Assembly (NCBI GenBank): GCA_965215005.1
Contig: CBDCCZ010000038.1
Span: forward strand, 132,458 to 196,457
Length of the DNA: 64,000 nucleotides
Source of the DNA: Kofleriaceae bacterium
Lineage (GTDB): Bacteria > Myxococcota_A > Polyangia > Haliangiales > Haliangiaceae
Reading direction: 5' to 3'
A program made the translations under genes and the position numbers. Under the pieces are notes generated by a model that searched no databases, was not told the origin of the DNA, and saw nothing but the letters and a program-made list of their open reading frames with translations. Position 1 is the stretch's first letter, and the number at the start of each line of letters is the position of its first letter. Below are positions 1-12,162 of the stretch, in pieces.

Positions 1-410
1 GCGTCGGTGAGCGACTGAATGCGCGCTCGCGCAATGCCAATCGAGGCGTCGACCGCCTGCAGGCGCAGCGACGCGGCATCGACCTGCGCTTCGAGCCTTT
101 GTAGGTAGTTGGGGTCGTTATCGGTAATTTCCGCGATGAGCTGGCCGGCCTCGACCTCTTGCCCTTCCTGCACGTGCCACTCGGCGATGATGCCCTTGAT
201 CGGCGCTTCGATAGCATGCTGGCGCTCTACGGGGTCGAACGCGATGACTCGGCCGTCGGCGGAGACGGTTTGCCGCCACGGCAGGAACGTCATGCCGAGC
301 ACTATCAGGATCAGCGCACCGAGCAGCACCCGCGACACCAGCCTAACGACTTCGATGCCGCCGCACGCGTCGATCAGCGAGGGTTGGGGGAGAGAGACTC
401 GGCGGTGCAT
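1..410 (-). CDS. HlyD-family membrane fusion protein, N-terminal part (runs off window start)
   Basis: Not in ORF track. Manual translation from ATG at 410 gives MHRRVSLPQ...LLGALILIVLGMTFLPWRQTVSADGRVIAFDPVERQHAIEAPIKGIIAEWHVQEGQEVEAGQLIAEI, i.e. a TM helix plus lipoyl-like motif. The start overlaps the upstream ABC stop (TGATG). Confidence 0.85.
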   Translation of the reverse strand, partial: MHRRVSLPQPSLIDACGGIEVVRLVSRVLLGALILIVLGMTFLPWRQTVSADGRVIAFDPVERQHAIEAPIKGIIAEWHVQEGQEVEAGQLIAEITDNDPNYLQRLEAQVDAASLRLQAVDASIGIARARIQSLTD

Positions 411-2494
411 CAGTTGGCTCCGGTACGGGTGGAAAGAACGCGATCGCAACGCTCGAGCACCTCGCTGCGGCTGCTGGCGATCACGCACGTCATGCGGCCG
501 GCGGGCTCGAAAATGGTATCGACGAGACGATTCCAGGTGGCGCCGCCAAGGCCGAGGTCATCGAGGGCTTCGTCGAGCACGAGCAGCCGGGGCGCGTGCG
601 CCAACGCGACCGCCAGCTTCAGGCGTCGCGATTCGCGCCGCGACAGCGGCAGGCCCGATGGCAAGAGCGGGGTTTCGATACCGGAAGGCAAGCGCTCCAT
701 GGCCTCCTCGAGCCCCACGGCCTCGAGCAGCGCGCGCGCCGACTCGCGGTCGAGTGCGGGCGTTCGCACCCGGAGGTTGTCGAGAACGGTCGCTGCCATT
801 AGCGGCTCGTCGCCAACGTACGCGACGTGATCGCCGAGGTCGTCGGGGTCGGCGTTGAGGACGCGGTCGTAAGTGATCTGGCCAGTGCTCGGCGGCCGGA
901 GCCCCGCCAGGGTCTGCAGCAGTGGGGTTCGCTCGACGTCGCCGGCGTCGATGCCGACGACCTCGCCGGGCTCGATATCGGCCGAAAACCCTAGCGACGT
1001 AGAGAAGCCAGCCATGCAGACGCCAACATCGCGCGCCGACACCGCCATGGCCGCCTCGCCCAGCAGGGCTTCGCCGCCGCTCGGCTCGACCTCGAGATTG
1101 AACAGCTTGCCGATCTTGTCGAGCGCAGCGGCCAAATCGAAGGTCTTCTCTGCGAGCTGTCCAAGCTTGTTGAAGCCAACGGCAACCGCGCTCATGACCA
1201 GCTCGGCCGCCACCAGCTGGCCAAGCGTGAGCTCGCCTTTCACGACCAGCCAGCCGCCAACCGTGAGCAGCGCGACGATCGACAGCGCGCCCACCGCCAA
1301 CCCGCCGGTGAGGATGGTCATGATGTGGCTGAAGTGGTCGCGACGCCGCTGCAAATACGCGCCCGCGCGCGAGCGCAGCTCGGCGGCGGCGAATCGACGC
1401 CCGGCATGGCCGCGAAAGCGAGGGGGATGGCGCGCAAGCTCCTCGATCCAGGCGCCCACGGAGAACTTGGCCTTTGACTCGAGCATGGCGCTGTGGGTCG
1501 CCCCGCGCGCGCGCAGGAACACGAGCGCCAAGATGATCACCAAGAACACCGCGAACACGAACAGATACGGGTGATACAGCGAGATGAGCGTGAGGCCGGC
1601 GATGGTCTGCAGCGTCACGGCGAGCCCCTCGAGCATGAGCTGCGCGCCGGCCTTCTGGACCGTGATGACATCGAAAAAGCGATTTCCGAGCTCGACCAGG
1701 TCGGTGCGGTCGCGCTCCTGGGCTGTGGTGACCGGCAGCCGATCGGCCAGATCTTCGGCGACCCGCACCAAGAAGCGTCGCTGCAGCACTTCGACGGTGT
1801 ACGCCTCGAGGGCCATCAGCACGGCGGCCAATCCAAGGCCGAGGAGCAGCGCGAGCGACAGCAAAATCAGCGGTTGCAGCACGGTGCCGAAGGCGATGGT
1901 GTTGACGAGGGTTTGGATCGCCAGCGGGGTGAGGAGCGACAACACGCTCACCGCCACCGCGAAGCCGACGACGGCTTTGACGTCGGCGCGCTCGAGCCGA
2001 ACCAACGACCGTACCCGCTGCCACGGCGTGGAGTGCTGCTCCCCAGTGGCGTAGGCGCGCCGCGCGGACAGGATCAACCAGCTACGCGCCTCGCGACCGA
2101 CGCCGAGCAGCTGGCGCCGCGTGTGCGGAACGGCGCGCTCGCCACCGCCGGTCCACAGCCGCCGCACGCGGGGCCGCCGCTCTTGCAGGCCGGTGACGAC
2201 GATCCAGCCCTCGGGAGCTCGCGCCACGGCGGCGAGCAGCCGCTCGTCGCGGAATCGCAAGACATCGGCAATCGCTTGGTCGGCGACCTCGAGGCCAAGG
2301 TGCTGCGCCGCTTCCGACACCATGGGCAATGCGTCGCCGTGATGCTTGGCGGCCGAGAATGCGTCGACGATCGCCGAGTAGGGCAGGTGTGGCGCGACGT
2401 GCTGACAAACGTCGCGCAGCACCTCGAGGCACTGGTTGGCGGCGCCGGAGTGGGCGGCGTTTACCGGCACTTGAAGGTTCTCTGGTTCCGTCAT
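410..2494 (-). CDS. Type I secretion-type ABC transporter (N-terminal C39-like region, TMD, degenerate NBD)
   Basis: Six-TM ABC membrane domain (LSLLTPLAIQTLVNTI, GELTLGQLVAAEL) and Walker B LLVLDEA; coupled to hlyD. Confidence 0.85.
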   Translation of the reverse strand: MTEPENLQVPVNAAHSGAANQCLEVLRDVCQHVAPHLPYSAIVDAFSAAKHHGDALPMVSEAAQHLGLEVADQAIADVLRFRDERLLAAVARAPEGWIVVTGLQERRPRVRRLWTGGGERAVPHTRRQLLGVGREARSWLILSARRAYATGEQHSTPWQRVRSLVRLERADVKAVVGFAVAVSVLSLLTPLAIQTLVNTIAFGTVLQPLILLSLALLLGLGLAAVLMALEAYTVEVLQRRFLVRVAEDLADRLPVTTAQERDRTDLVELGNRFFDVITVQKAGAQLMLEGLAVTLQTIAGLTLISLYHPYLFVFAVFLVIILALVFLRARGATHSAMLESKAKFSVGAWIEELARHPPRFRGHAGRRFAAAELRSRAGAYLQRRRDHFSHIMTILTGGLAVGALSIVALLTVGGWLVVKGELTLGQLVAAELVMSAVAVGFNKLGQLAEKTFDLAAALDKIGKLFNLEVEPSGGEALLGEAAMAVSARDVGVCMAGFSTSLGFSADIEPGEVVGIDAGDVERTPLLQTLAGLRPPSTGQITYDRVLNADPDDLGDHVAYVGDEPLMAATVLDNLRVRTPALDRESARALLEAVGLEEAMERLPSGIETPLLPSGLPLSRRESRRLKLAVALAHAPRLLVLDEALDDLGLGGATWNRLVDTIFEPAGRMTCVIASSRSEVLERCDRVLSTRTGAN

Positions 2495-2515
2495 TCTGAT
2501 TCGCGAATAAGATTA

Positions 2516-2533
2516 CACGAAATAATTTTCGTG
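2516..2533. promoter_or_regulatory. Perfect inverted repeat CACGAAA-TAAT-TTTCGTG, candidate operator
   Basis: AT-rich palindrome in the 85-bp divergent gap between the ABC gene and the wHTH regulator. Confidence 0.65.
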
Positions 2534-2579
2534 CAACGAATTTCTGCTATGGTGTCTGCGTTGGTAAGGAGATTTCACG

Positions 2580-2894
2580 ATGGCCGCTGAATCGCTCCGG
2601 AAGGGCACCGACAGCAGCTGGACCTTTCTCAGCAACTACGCGCACGTTTTGGTCGTGCTAGCGCGGGACAATCAGGCCCGGGCGCGCGAGATCGCGGCCG
2701 CTGTGGGCATTACCGAGCGCGCCGTTCAGCGCATCGTCGCCGACCTCGAGACCGCCGGCGTGGTTTCCCACGACCGAGTGGGGCGGCGCAACGTGTACCA
2801 GATTCATCGCGACCGCCCGCTGCGTCACCCGCTCGAGTCGCACCAGACAGTGGGCGAGCTGCTCGACTTGCTGCAGCCGACGCCGGAGCAGTAG
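2580..2894 (+). CDS. Small winged-helix transcriptional regulator (MarR/AsnC-like, WTFLSN..HVL type)
   Basis: HTH AREIAAAVGITERAVQRIVADL with wing GRRNVY; RBS AAGGAG upstream. Confidence 0.85.
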   Translation: MAAESLRKGTDSSWTFLSNYAHVLVVLARDNQARAREIAAAVGITERAVQRIVADLETAGVVSHDRVGRRNVYQIHRDRPLRHPLESHQTVGELLDLLQPTPEQ

Positions 2895-3022
2895 CCGAAG
2901 CGCTCCGCATACGATGCGCGGAAAGGGTCGGTTTTCTGAACCCGTTCGTAGAGCTGCTTGCGGGGCGGCTCTTGCCGCCGTTGGAGGCGCCGCATCCCGT
3001 CCGACCGCGGCACCTCGGGACA

Positions 3023-4054
3023 TTACTTGCCGACGTTCGAAGACGGGCTATCGGCGGAGTCTGCGCTTGGCAGCCGCGCTAGCAGTGTGCGCAGCCGAGC
3101 CGCATGTGTGGCGGCTTCTTCGGCGCGCTCGTAATAGCCGCCAGCCGAGCTGTTATGGCCGCGGTCGGTGGCGCTCGCGTGGAGACGCAGCAGTACCGTG
3201 TGTTGCTCCTCGAGGGCGCGCAGCGCTGCCCAGAGAGTGGACTCCACTACATCGGCCTGCATGTCGACCAAGCCGGTTTCGTGATAGGCGTGGCCAACCA
3301 CGCAACGGTAGTGATCGTGAGCGCCCACGGAACGGGACCAAAGCGGGCCGCCGCACTCGGGGCAGCTGATGTCGGCGCGCTTGCCCCAACGGTCGAGCAG
3401 CTTCGCAGAGCGGCGCCCGTTGACGAGGAGGTCGAGCTCCGTCTCGATGTCCTCGGGTGCCTTGGAGCTACTCGGCTCGGGCTCTTCATTGACCAGCTTG
3501 GCGAGCAGCGGGCCGATCTGCGCCGCGGGCACGATATAGTGCGGCTCGCCGACGGCAGCGATGGCGTTGTCCGGCATGCCGGTGGCACGCGAATCTTGCG
3601 GCGACTGCACCACCGAGATGCCGCCGCTGCGATGGATGGCCGCCAGTCCGGCCGCGCCGTCGCCGAGGTTGCCGGTGAGCACGACGCCAATCGCGCGTGG
3701 GCCGGCGGCCACGGCGACTGAGCGCAGCAGCGGGTCGACCGCGGGTCGCACGCGGTTCTCGCGCGGCCCCTGCACCAGCCGCTGCCGATAATCGTCACCG
3801 AGCAACAAATGCACGTTGGGCGGCGCGACGTACACCCGCGAGGGCTTGAGTTGCTCAGCGTGTTGCGCGAACGCCACCGGCAGGGCGCTAGCGCGTCCCA
3901 GCGCGGCGGCGAGCATTGACTCCCTACGGGCGGGCTGGTGTTGGACGATGAGCACGGCCGCCTGCAAGTCCTTCGGCAGCTCGGCGAGAATTTGACTGAT
4001 TGCTTCGATGCCTCCGAGCGAGGCGCCTATGGCAATGACGCGAAGTGACTGCAC
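3023..4054 (-). CDS. cheB: Stand-alone CheB-type methylesterase with C-terminal CxxC/CxxxH extension
   Basis: GASLGG, VQH, RPAVDPL and LTGNLGDG motifs; GTG at 4054 preceded by AGGAG. Confidence 0.85.
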   Translation of the reverse strand: MQSLRVIAIGASLGGIEAISQILAELPKDLQAAVLIVQHQPARRESMLAAALGRASALPVAFAQHAEQLKPSRVYVAPPNVHLLLGDDYRQRLVQGPRENRVRPAVDPLLRSVAVAAGPRAIGVVLTGNLGDGAAGLAAIHRSGGISVVQSPQDSRATGMPDNAIAAVGEPHYIVPAAQIGPLLAKLVNEEPEPSSSKAPEDIETELDLLVNGRRSAKLLDRWGKRADISCPECGGPLWSRSVGAHDHYRCVVGHAYHETGLVDMQADVVESTLWAALRALEEQHTVLLRLHASATDRGHNSSAGGYYERAEEAATHAARLRTLLARLPSADSADSPSSNVGK

Positions 4055-4095
4055 GATGCTCCTACAGTGTGATGTTTGCCGGCCTGATTCATCGT

Positions 4096-5136
4096 CTAAC
4101 CCCAAAGCTGACCGCGGCGCTTCTCGCGCACCAATATATATAGGAAGAATGGCCCCCCGATGAGGGCTGTAACCACACCGACTGGCAACTGCGCCGGGTG
4201 AATCACGATCCGCGCCAAGGTATCGCAGACGATCAGCAACGCGCCGCCAAGGAGCATCGACGCTGGCATCAACAGGCGATGGTCAGGGCCCACGAGCGCG
4301 CGCACCGCATGCGAGACGATGAGGCCGATAAAGCCGATAGGGCCCGCAAGGGAAATGCTTGCGCCGACGATGAGCGAGGCGGTCACGAAAGCAATCGTGA
4401 TGACGCGCGCCGGCGCAACGCCCACCGAGGCGGCGGCATCGCTGCCGGCGGCGAGAGCGTTGAGGTCGCGGGCCACGGCCAACAGCACGGCGACGCCAAA
4501 AAGGATGGGTAGGCCGGCGCCGAGGAGCGTTCGATAGCGAATCCACTCGAGGCCGCCCATCATCCAGCGCACCATGCGCGTGATTTCGGCAAAGTCGGCG
4601 GTGTACTGCACCAGCATGGAGGCGGCGCCGCAAAACATCGCGATGGTGATCCCCGCGAGCAATAGCGTCGCGGGCGGCAGCGACCCGGAAACGCGTGCGA
4701 GCTGCCAGACCGCGGCAATGGTAATGGCCGCACCGGCGAGCGCGGCAACGCCAATCGCGCTGGCGCCGAGAAACGTCTGCTCGAGACCGAACCGAATCGC
4801 GAGCACCGCGGCCAGCGATGAGCCGGCGGAGACGCCCAGGGTGTAGGGCTCGGCGAGGGGATTGCGCAAGGCGGCTTGAAACGCTGCGCCGGCGCCTGCG
4901 AGCCCGGCTCCGACCAGCAACGCGGCCAACACGCGGGGCAGTCGCGCACGCCAGAAGATCTGCTCGAGGAGCGGATCGCCGCCGAAGGCACCGAGGTCGA
5001 GCACCACCAGCGAGTGACCATCGGCGGCAATGCCGAGCAGCGGCGCCAGCAACGTGATCGCCGCCGTGACCAGTAGGCACAGGAGCAACGTCGTCGCCAA
5101 CCGACTGCGCGTCATGCGGGCGCTCGAGGAGCTCAT
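4096..5136 (-). CDS. btuC: FecCD/BtuC-family ABC permease (probably cobalamin)
   Basis: RLPRVLAALLVGAGL, RNPLAEPYTLGVSAG and GFIGLIV motifs; B12 gene context. Confidence 0.8.
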   Translation of the reverse strand: MSSSSARMTRSRLATTLLLCLLVTAAITLLAPLLGIAADGHSLVVLDLGAFGGDPLLEQIFWRARLPRVLAALLVGAGLAGAGAAFQAALRNPLAEPYTLGVSAGSSLAAVLAIRFGLEQTFLGASAIGVAALAGAAITIAAVWQLARVSGSLPPATLLLAGITIAMFCGAASMLVQYTADFAEITRMVRWMMGGLEWIRYRTLLGAGLPILFGVAVLLAVARDLNALAAGSDAAASVGVAPARVITIAFVTASLIVGASISLAGPIGFIGLIVSHAVRALVGPDHRLLMPASMLLGGALLIVCDTLARIVIHPAQLPVGVVTALIGGPFFLYILVREKRRGQLWG

Positions 5137-5246
5137 CGCGGCGCGCCTTGGAGAGGGCCAGGCGTGGGTTGGTGGGCGGTGAAGCGAGGGGCCCCCAGGC
5201 GCGGGCCCAGGTGCGGGCGGGCAGTCGCGAGAATCGACATCGTGCG

Positions 5247-6173
5247 TCAGCGGGGCACGGCAAACGGAAGTGCGGTGCCGGGCAGCTGGCCGACATAGAG
5301 CTCGAGATCAAAGGCGCGGGTGGCGGCGGGCGAGGCCAACACCTCTGCTGGGCGGCCATCCGCGATTCGCTGACCTCTATGCAAAATGATCGCGCGGTCG
5401 GCGCAGCGGGCGGCGAGGTTGAGATCGTGGGTGATGACCACCACGGTAGCGCCGCGTTCGCGGGTTTGAGTGGTCAATGCGGCGAGCACGGCGATGGCGT
5501 GCGCGGGGTCGAGCGCGGCGGTGGGCTCGTCGAGCAGGATCAGCTCGGTGTGCTGGCAAAACGCTTGCGCCAGAAGCGCGCGACGCTGCTCGCCGCCGGA
5601 GATGCTGTCGAAGCGCCGCTCGGCCAAATGGACGATGTCGCAGCGGTCCATGGCGGCTCGTGCGGCTTCGACATCGGCGGCGTTCTCGAGCGCCAGGAGC
5701 CCACGCCGGCGGTGCGCGTAGCGGCCCATGAGCACGACCTCGGAGACCGTGAACGGGAACGCCAGCCGATAGGTCTGCGGCACGTAGGCAAGGCGCTTTG
5801 CCAGGGCGCGGCGCTCCGTCCGCGCCGGATCGAGGCCAAACACCCGCACCTGGCCGCGAGTTGGGGTGAGCAGGCCGCCGAGCAGGCGAAGCAGCGTGGT
5901 CTTGCCAGCGCCGTTGGCACCGACGATACAAATGAGCTCACCGGCACGCGCGCGCAGCGAGATATCGGCGACGACGGTGTTGGTCCCGTACGCAAAGCTC
6001 ACGTCGGCAGCGTCGATGACGAGCGGCTCGCGGCCGGAGCCAGAAGCAACAGTGGATGGCTGCGAGGCCGAAGCGGGGAGGTGCGCAGCGCTCGGCGGCT
6101 GCCCTCGCCCCGCATCGAGACGATCGGGAAACGCGTCACGAATCGCGCGGCGTTGGGCCGGTGCGCTCGACAT
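5247..6173 (-). CDS. btuD: ABC ATP-binding subunit, BtuD/FecE-like (start uncertain)
   Basis: Walker A GANGAGKTT, signature ISGGEQ, LLDEPT, ITHDL. Confidence 0.8.
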   Translation of the reverse strand: MSSAPAQRRAIRDAFPDRLDAGRGQPPSAAHLPASASQPSTVASGSGREPLVIDAADVSFAYGTNTVVADISLRARAGELICIVGANGAGKTTLLRLLGGLLTPTRGQVRVFGLDPARTERRALAKRLAYVPQTYRLAFPFTVSEVVLMGRYAHRRRGLLALENAADVEAARAAMDRCDIVHLAERRFDSISGGEQRRALLAQAFCQHTELILLDEPTAALDPAHAIAVLAALTTQTRERGATVVVITHDLNLAARCADRAIILHRGQRIADGRPAEVLASPAATRAFDLELYVGQLPGTALPFAVPR

Positions 6174-6229
6174 CGCGCTTGTATAGCAGGAAGCCGGAGG
6201 CGCTCGTTGCGCACTGGAGGCGTGGGAGG

Positions 6230-7129
6230 TTAGCGCTGGGTCGTGCCGTAGAGCATCTGCTCGAGTCCCGCGAGCGCCTCGGCGATGCGCAGGTTTGGAC
6301 TCAAGTACAGCGCGTCAATCGGGTAGATCTTGCGGGCATCGACCGCCGGCACGCCGCGCAGCTCGTGCCAGGGAGCGAGGTTGTCACCCTCGCTGCTGTG
6401 TTGTTGCGAGGCGTCCAAGATCACCGTGGGGGCGGCGCGGAGGATCTCCTCGGGCCCGAGCTTGGGATAGTGCACGCCGGCGGCGGCAATGGCGTTTTCG
6501 GCGCCGAGCAACGCCAGGAGCTGGTCGAGATAGGTGCCGGTGCCGGCGGCGATCATGCTGCCGAGGCCGCCGACCTCGCGATCGAGGACCACCAAGACCT
6601 TGGGTCGCTGGCGCGGCGGTGGCCGCTGGCGGAACCGGCGCAAGGTGGCTTCGAGGCGCGCGCTCACGGCGGCGGCGCGCTCCGGGCGCTGGGTAGCGCT
6701 GCCCAGCGCAGTCAGCGCCTCGTGCACGTCGGCTAGCGTATGCATCGGCAGCACCAAGGTGGCGATGCCAGCATCATCTAACGGGCCGGCAACGGGGGCT
6801 TGGACGTCGCTCAGCACCACCAGATCGGGACGCAGCGCGAGAATCACTTCGAGGTTGGCATCGAGGAACGAGCCGACCTTGGGCAGCGCGGCGACGCCCT
6901 CGGGAAGCGTGGAGAATTCGTCTACGCCCACCAAGGTCTCGACGCCAGCGACCGCGGCGGTGAGCTCGGTGAGCGACGGCGTGGTGGTGACGATGCGGCT
7001 TGGACGGGCGGATGCGGTGGCGGGATTGGGATCTTTGCAGCTGCTCGCCAGGAGCAGGCCGAGAAGTAGGAGCCACGAACCGCCGCCCGGAGATCTGCGA
7101 TGGAGCAACACGAGGGCGACGTACCGCAT
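6230..7129 (-). CDS. btuF: Helical-backbone periplasmic binding lipoprotein, BtuF-like
   Basis: RIVTTTPSLTEL, LVGVD and LEVILALRPDLV motifs; lipobox-like LASSC; start trimmed to ATG 7129. Confidence 0.75.
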   Translation of the reverse strand: MRYVALVLLHRRSPGGGSWLLLLGLLLASSCKDPNPATASARPSRIVTTTPSLTELTAAVAGVETLVGVDEFSTLPEGVAALPKVGSFLDANLEVILALRPDLVVLSDVQAPVAGPLDDAGIATLVLPMHTLADVHEALTALGSATQRPERAAAVSARLEATLRRFRQRPPPRQRPKVLVVLDREVGGLGSMIAAGTGTYLDQLLALLGAENAIAAAGVHYPKLGPEEILRAAPTVILDASQQHSSEGDNLAPWHELRGVPAVDARKIYPIDALYLSPNLRIAEALAGLEQMLYGTTQR

Positions 7130-7216
7130 CCGACTCGCCGGGCGCAAACGCGGCGGGACCTCCCCGCGGAGATCGGCTCGCGGGTCGCTGGAGCAACTAC
7201 ATGTTGGCCCTGGCAT

Positions 7217-7316
7217 TCCTCCACAAGCGGCGGCGGATTCTGCACAGCCTTACCCACAGCTCGGGCAAGCCGCCGGAATGGCTCGGCTCTGGCGTTGCCG
7301 CCTGCAGTTGTCCACA
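7217..7316 (+). promoter_or_regulatory. Cluster of DnaA-box-like 9-mers upstream of nrdJ
   Basis: TCCTCCACA 7217, TTCTGCACA 7238, TTACCCACA 7250, TTGTCCACA 7308; all co-oriented and 1-2 mismatches from TTATCCACA. Confidence 0.5.
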
Positions 7317-7347
7317 CACAGGCCACACGTTGTTCCGCCGCGTGCGA

Positions 7348-7394
7348 ACACTAAATCTAGCGGTTAGCGCGCGACCGACCCCAAAATCTAGGGT
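7348..7394. promoter_or_regulatory. Tandem NrdR boxes
   Basis: ACACTAAATCTAGCGG (7348-7363) and CCCCAAAATCTAGGGT (7379-7394) match acaCwAtATaTwGtgt, are 31 bp apart, and lie upstream of an RNR gene. Confidence 0.85.
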
Positions 7395-7545
7395 CATTTC
7401 TCCTTGACGCACCACCACCCAGCGACGCAGATTAAGACCCAGCGGAGCTCGCCGCCCGCTTCCTTTTCTGCCGCAATTTCCATCGGATAGAGGGCCATCC
7501 GGATAGGGACCGGTGCGCCTTCCGCTCATGGGGGACCACACGCTC

Positions 7546-10389
<2,844 letters not shown>

Positions 10390-10521
10390 TCACTGGCAGG
10401 AGCACGGCGGCGAGGAGTCGCCGCTGTGCTTGCGCCTGGCGACCGTTGCTTCGCTGCGCGTTGCAAATGGCGCGCGGCGCTGCTGTGCCACGGCGGTGCG
10501 CGCGGTAGGCTTGCCGCCGTC

Positions 10522-11550
10522 ATGGCACGGCAGCAAGCTCGCCCAACGCGCATTCTCACCGGCATCAAGCCCACCGGCAGCCCTCATCTTGGAAACCTCT
10601 TGGGCGCGATTCGGCCGGCGCTACGGCTGGCGGAAAACCACGATCAGTTGGCGATGTACTTCATCGCCGACTATCACGCGCTCATCAGCATTCACGATCG
10701 CACGCAGCTGCAGCAGCTGACCTTCGAGGTCGCCGCGACGTGGCTCGCATTCGGGCTCGACCCGGAGCGGACGCTGTTTTATCGGCAATCGGACATTCCC
10801 GAGATCTTTGAGCTGTCGTGGGTGCTGGCGTGCATGACCTCTAAGGGCTGGATGAACAAGGCGCACGCGTACAAAGCGCGCGTCGCGGAGAATCAGGCAG
10901 CCGGCAGCGAAGACGTGGATGCCGGCGTGAGCATGGGCCTCTACAGCTATCCGGTCCTCATGGCGGCCGATATTCTGGCGTTCGACACCGACGTCGTGCC
11001 GGTGGGCAAGGACCAAGTCCAGCATATCGAAATCGCCCGCGACATCGCGCAGCGCTTCAACCACGTGTTTGGTGCCGAGGTGCTCACGCCGCCGGCCGCC
11101 AGCCTCGAGGAGAATCTTGCGACCATTCCGGGCCTCGATGGTCGCAAGATGAGTAAGAGCTACGACAACACGTTGCCGCTGTTCTTGCCTGCAAAGAAAT
11201 TGCGCAAGCTCGTCAACCGGATCGTCACCGATTCGCTGCCGCCCGAAGCGCCCAAAGATCCCGACAGCTCGTCGTTGTTCGCGCTGTACCGGCTACTCGC
11301 TGATAACGAGCAGACGGTGGCGATGCGCGATCGCTACCAACGCGGCGTGGGGTGGGGCGAGGTCAAGGGCGAGCTGTTCGAGCTGCTCGAAGAAGAGCTG
11401 CGCGAGCCGCGCGAGCGCTATGAAGCGCTGATGGCGGATCTTCCGCGGCTCGAGGAGCTCCTGCGAGCGGGCGCCAAGCGGGCGCGGGCCATGGCGGCAG
11501 AGGTGCTGGACCGGGTGCGGCAGGCGGCGGGGCTCGGCGGCCGGCTCTAA
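10522..11550 (+). CDS. trpS: Tryptophan--tRNA ligase
   Basis: TGIKPTG..HLGN, YPVLMAADIL, VPVGKDQ, KMSKS. Confidence 0.95.
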   Translation: MARQQARPTRILTGIKPTGSPHLGNLLGAIRPALRLAENHDQLAMYFIADYHALISIHDRTQLQQLTFEVAATWLAFGLDPERTLFYRQSDIPEIFELSWVLACMTSKGWMNKAHAYKARVAENQAAGSEDVDAGVSMGLYSYPVLMAADILAFDTDVVPVGKDQVQHIEIARDIAQRFNHVFGAEVLTPPAASLEENLATIPGLDGRKMSKSYDNTLPLFLPAKKLRKLVNRIVTDSLPPEAPKDPDSSSLFALYRLLADNEQTVAMRDRYQRGVGWGEVKGELFELLEEELREPRERYEALMADLPRLEELLRAGAKRARAMAAEVLDRVRQAAGLGGRL

Positions 11551-11604
11551 GGGAGCTGCGGTCAATGTTTCAACTGGGCCGGGTCGCCGGGGTAAGCTCA
11601 GGCG

Positions 11605-11961
11605 GTGGGGGATGAACGAAGGCGCTGGCCGCGGCTCAAGTCCGAGCTCGGCCTCGACATCTACGTGGTCGAGCCGCCGGAGGCGCAGCGGGTCCTCGGG
11701 ACTGTCGGCAGCGACTTGAACCCCGAGGGTATTTTCGTGCGCACCGACGACCCACCGCCGCTGGGCGCGCGGGTGCGGATCACCCTGGTCGCCGAGGGCA
11801 CGGAGGGCGTTCTCAGTGCCGAAGGGCAGGTCGTAGACCGCGTGTTGCCAGGCCAAGAGGCGGCCGGACCGCCGGGGGTGGGAATCCGCCTCGAGCGCAC
11901 TGGCGCTGCGTGGGGGAAGTTCTATCGGCTGCTGGTTGCGCACTCCGTCGTTGACAGCTAA
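11605..11961 (+). CDS. PilZ-domain protein
   Basis: RRRWPR and DLNPEGIF approximate the RxxxR and D/NxSxxG c-di-GMP motifs; GVGIRL strand. Confidence 0.75.
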   Translation: MGDERRRWPRLKSELGLDIYVVEPPEAQRVLGTVGSDLNPEGIFVRTDDPPPLGARVRITLVAEGTEGVLSAEGQVVDRVLPGQEAAGPPGVGIRLERTGAAWGKFYRLLVAHSVVDS

Positions 11962-11979
11962 TCCGCGGTCGGCTACGAA

Positions 11980-12145
11980 GCGCTCGCAACTTTGATATGC
12001 AGCTCGAGTGAACGGGAAGCCGGTGTGAATCCGGCACAGCCCCCGCTACTGTAACTGGTGCGAACGCGGCACATCGCCACTGGCCCTTGGCTGGGAAGGC
12101 GCCGCTAGTAGGAACGCCAGAAGTCAGGAGACCGGCTCGAGCGCA
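11980..12145 (+). ncRNA. Cobalamin riboswitch
   Basis: GGGAAGCCGGTGTGAATCCGGCACAGCCCCCGCTACTGTAA ... GCCACTGG ... GGGAAGGC ... AAGTCAGGAGACCGGC core elements; TTGACA-17-TACGAA promoter at 11951-11979; directly upstream of a TonB-dependent receptor. Confidence 0.95.
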
Positions 12146-12162
12146 AGTGAACGACCTCCGGG

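Noticed and set aside
109..2590. Long plus-strand ORFs antisense to the ABC/hlyD genes (and similar shadow ORFs throughout)
   Set aside because: Arg/Ala-rich, motif-free shadow frames expected in high-GC DNA.
7217..7316. Replication origin (oriC)
   Set aside because: Only four degenerate boxes, no AT-rich unwinding element and no dnaA/dnaN; better explained as an nrdJ promoter element.
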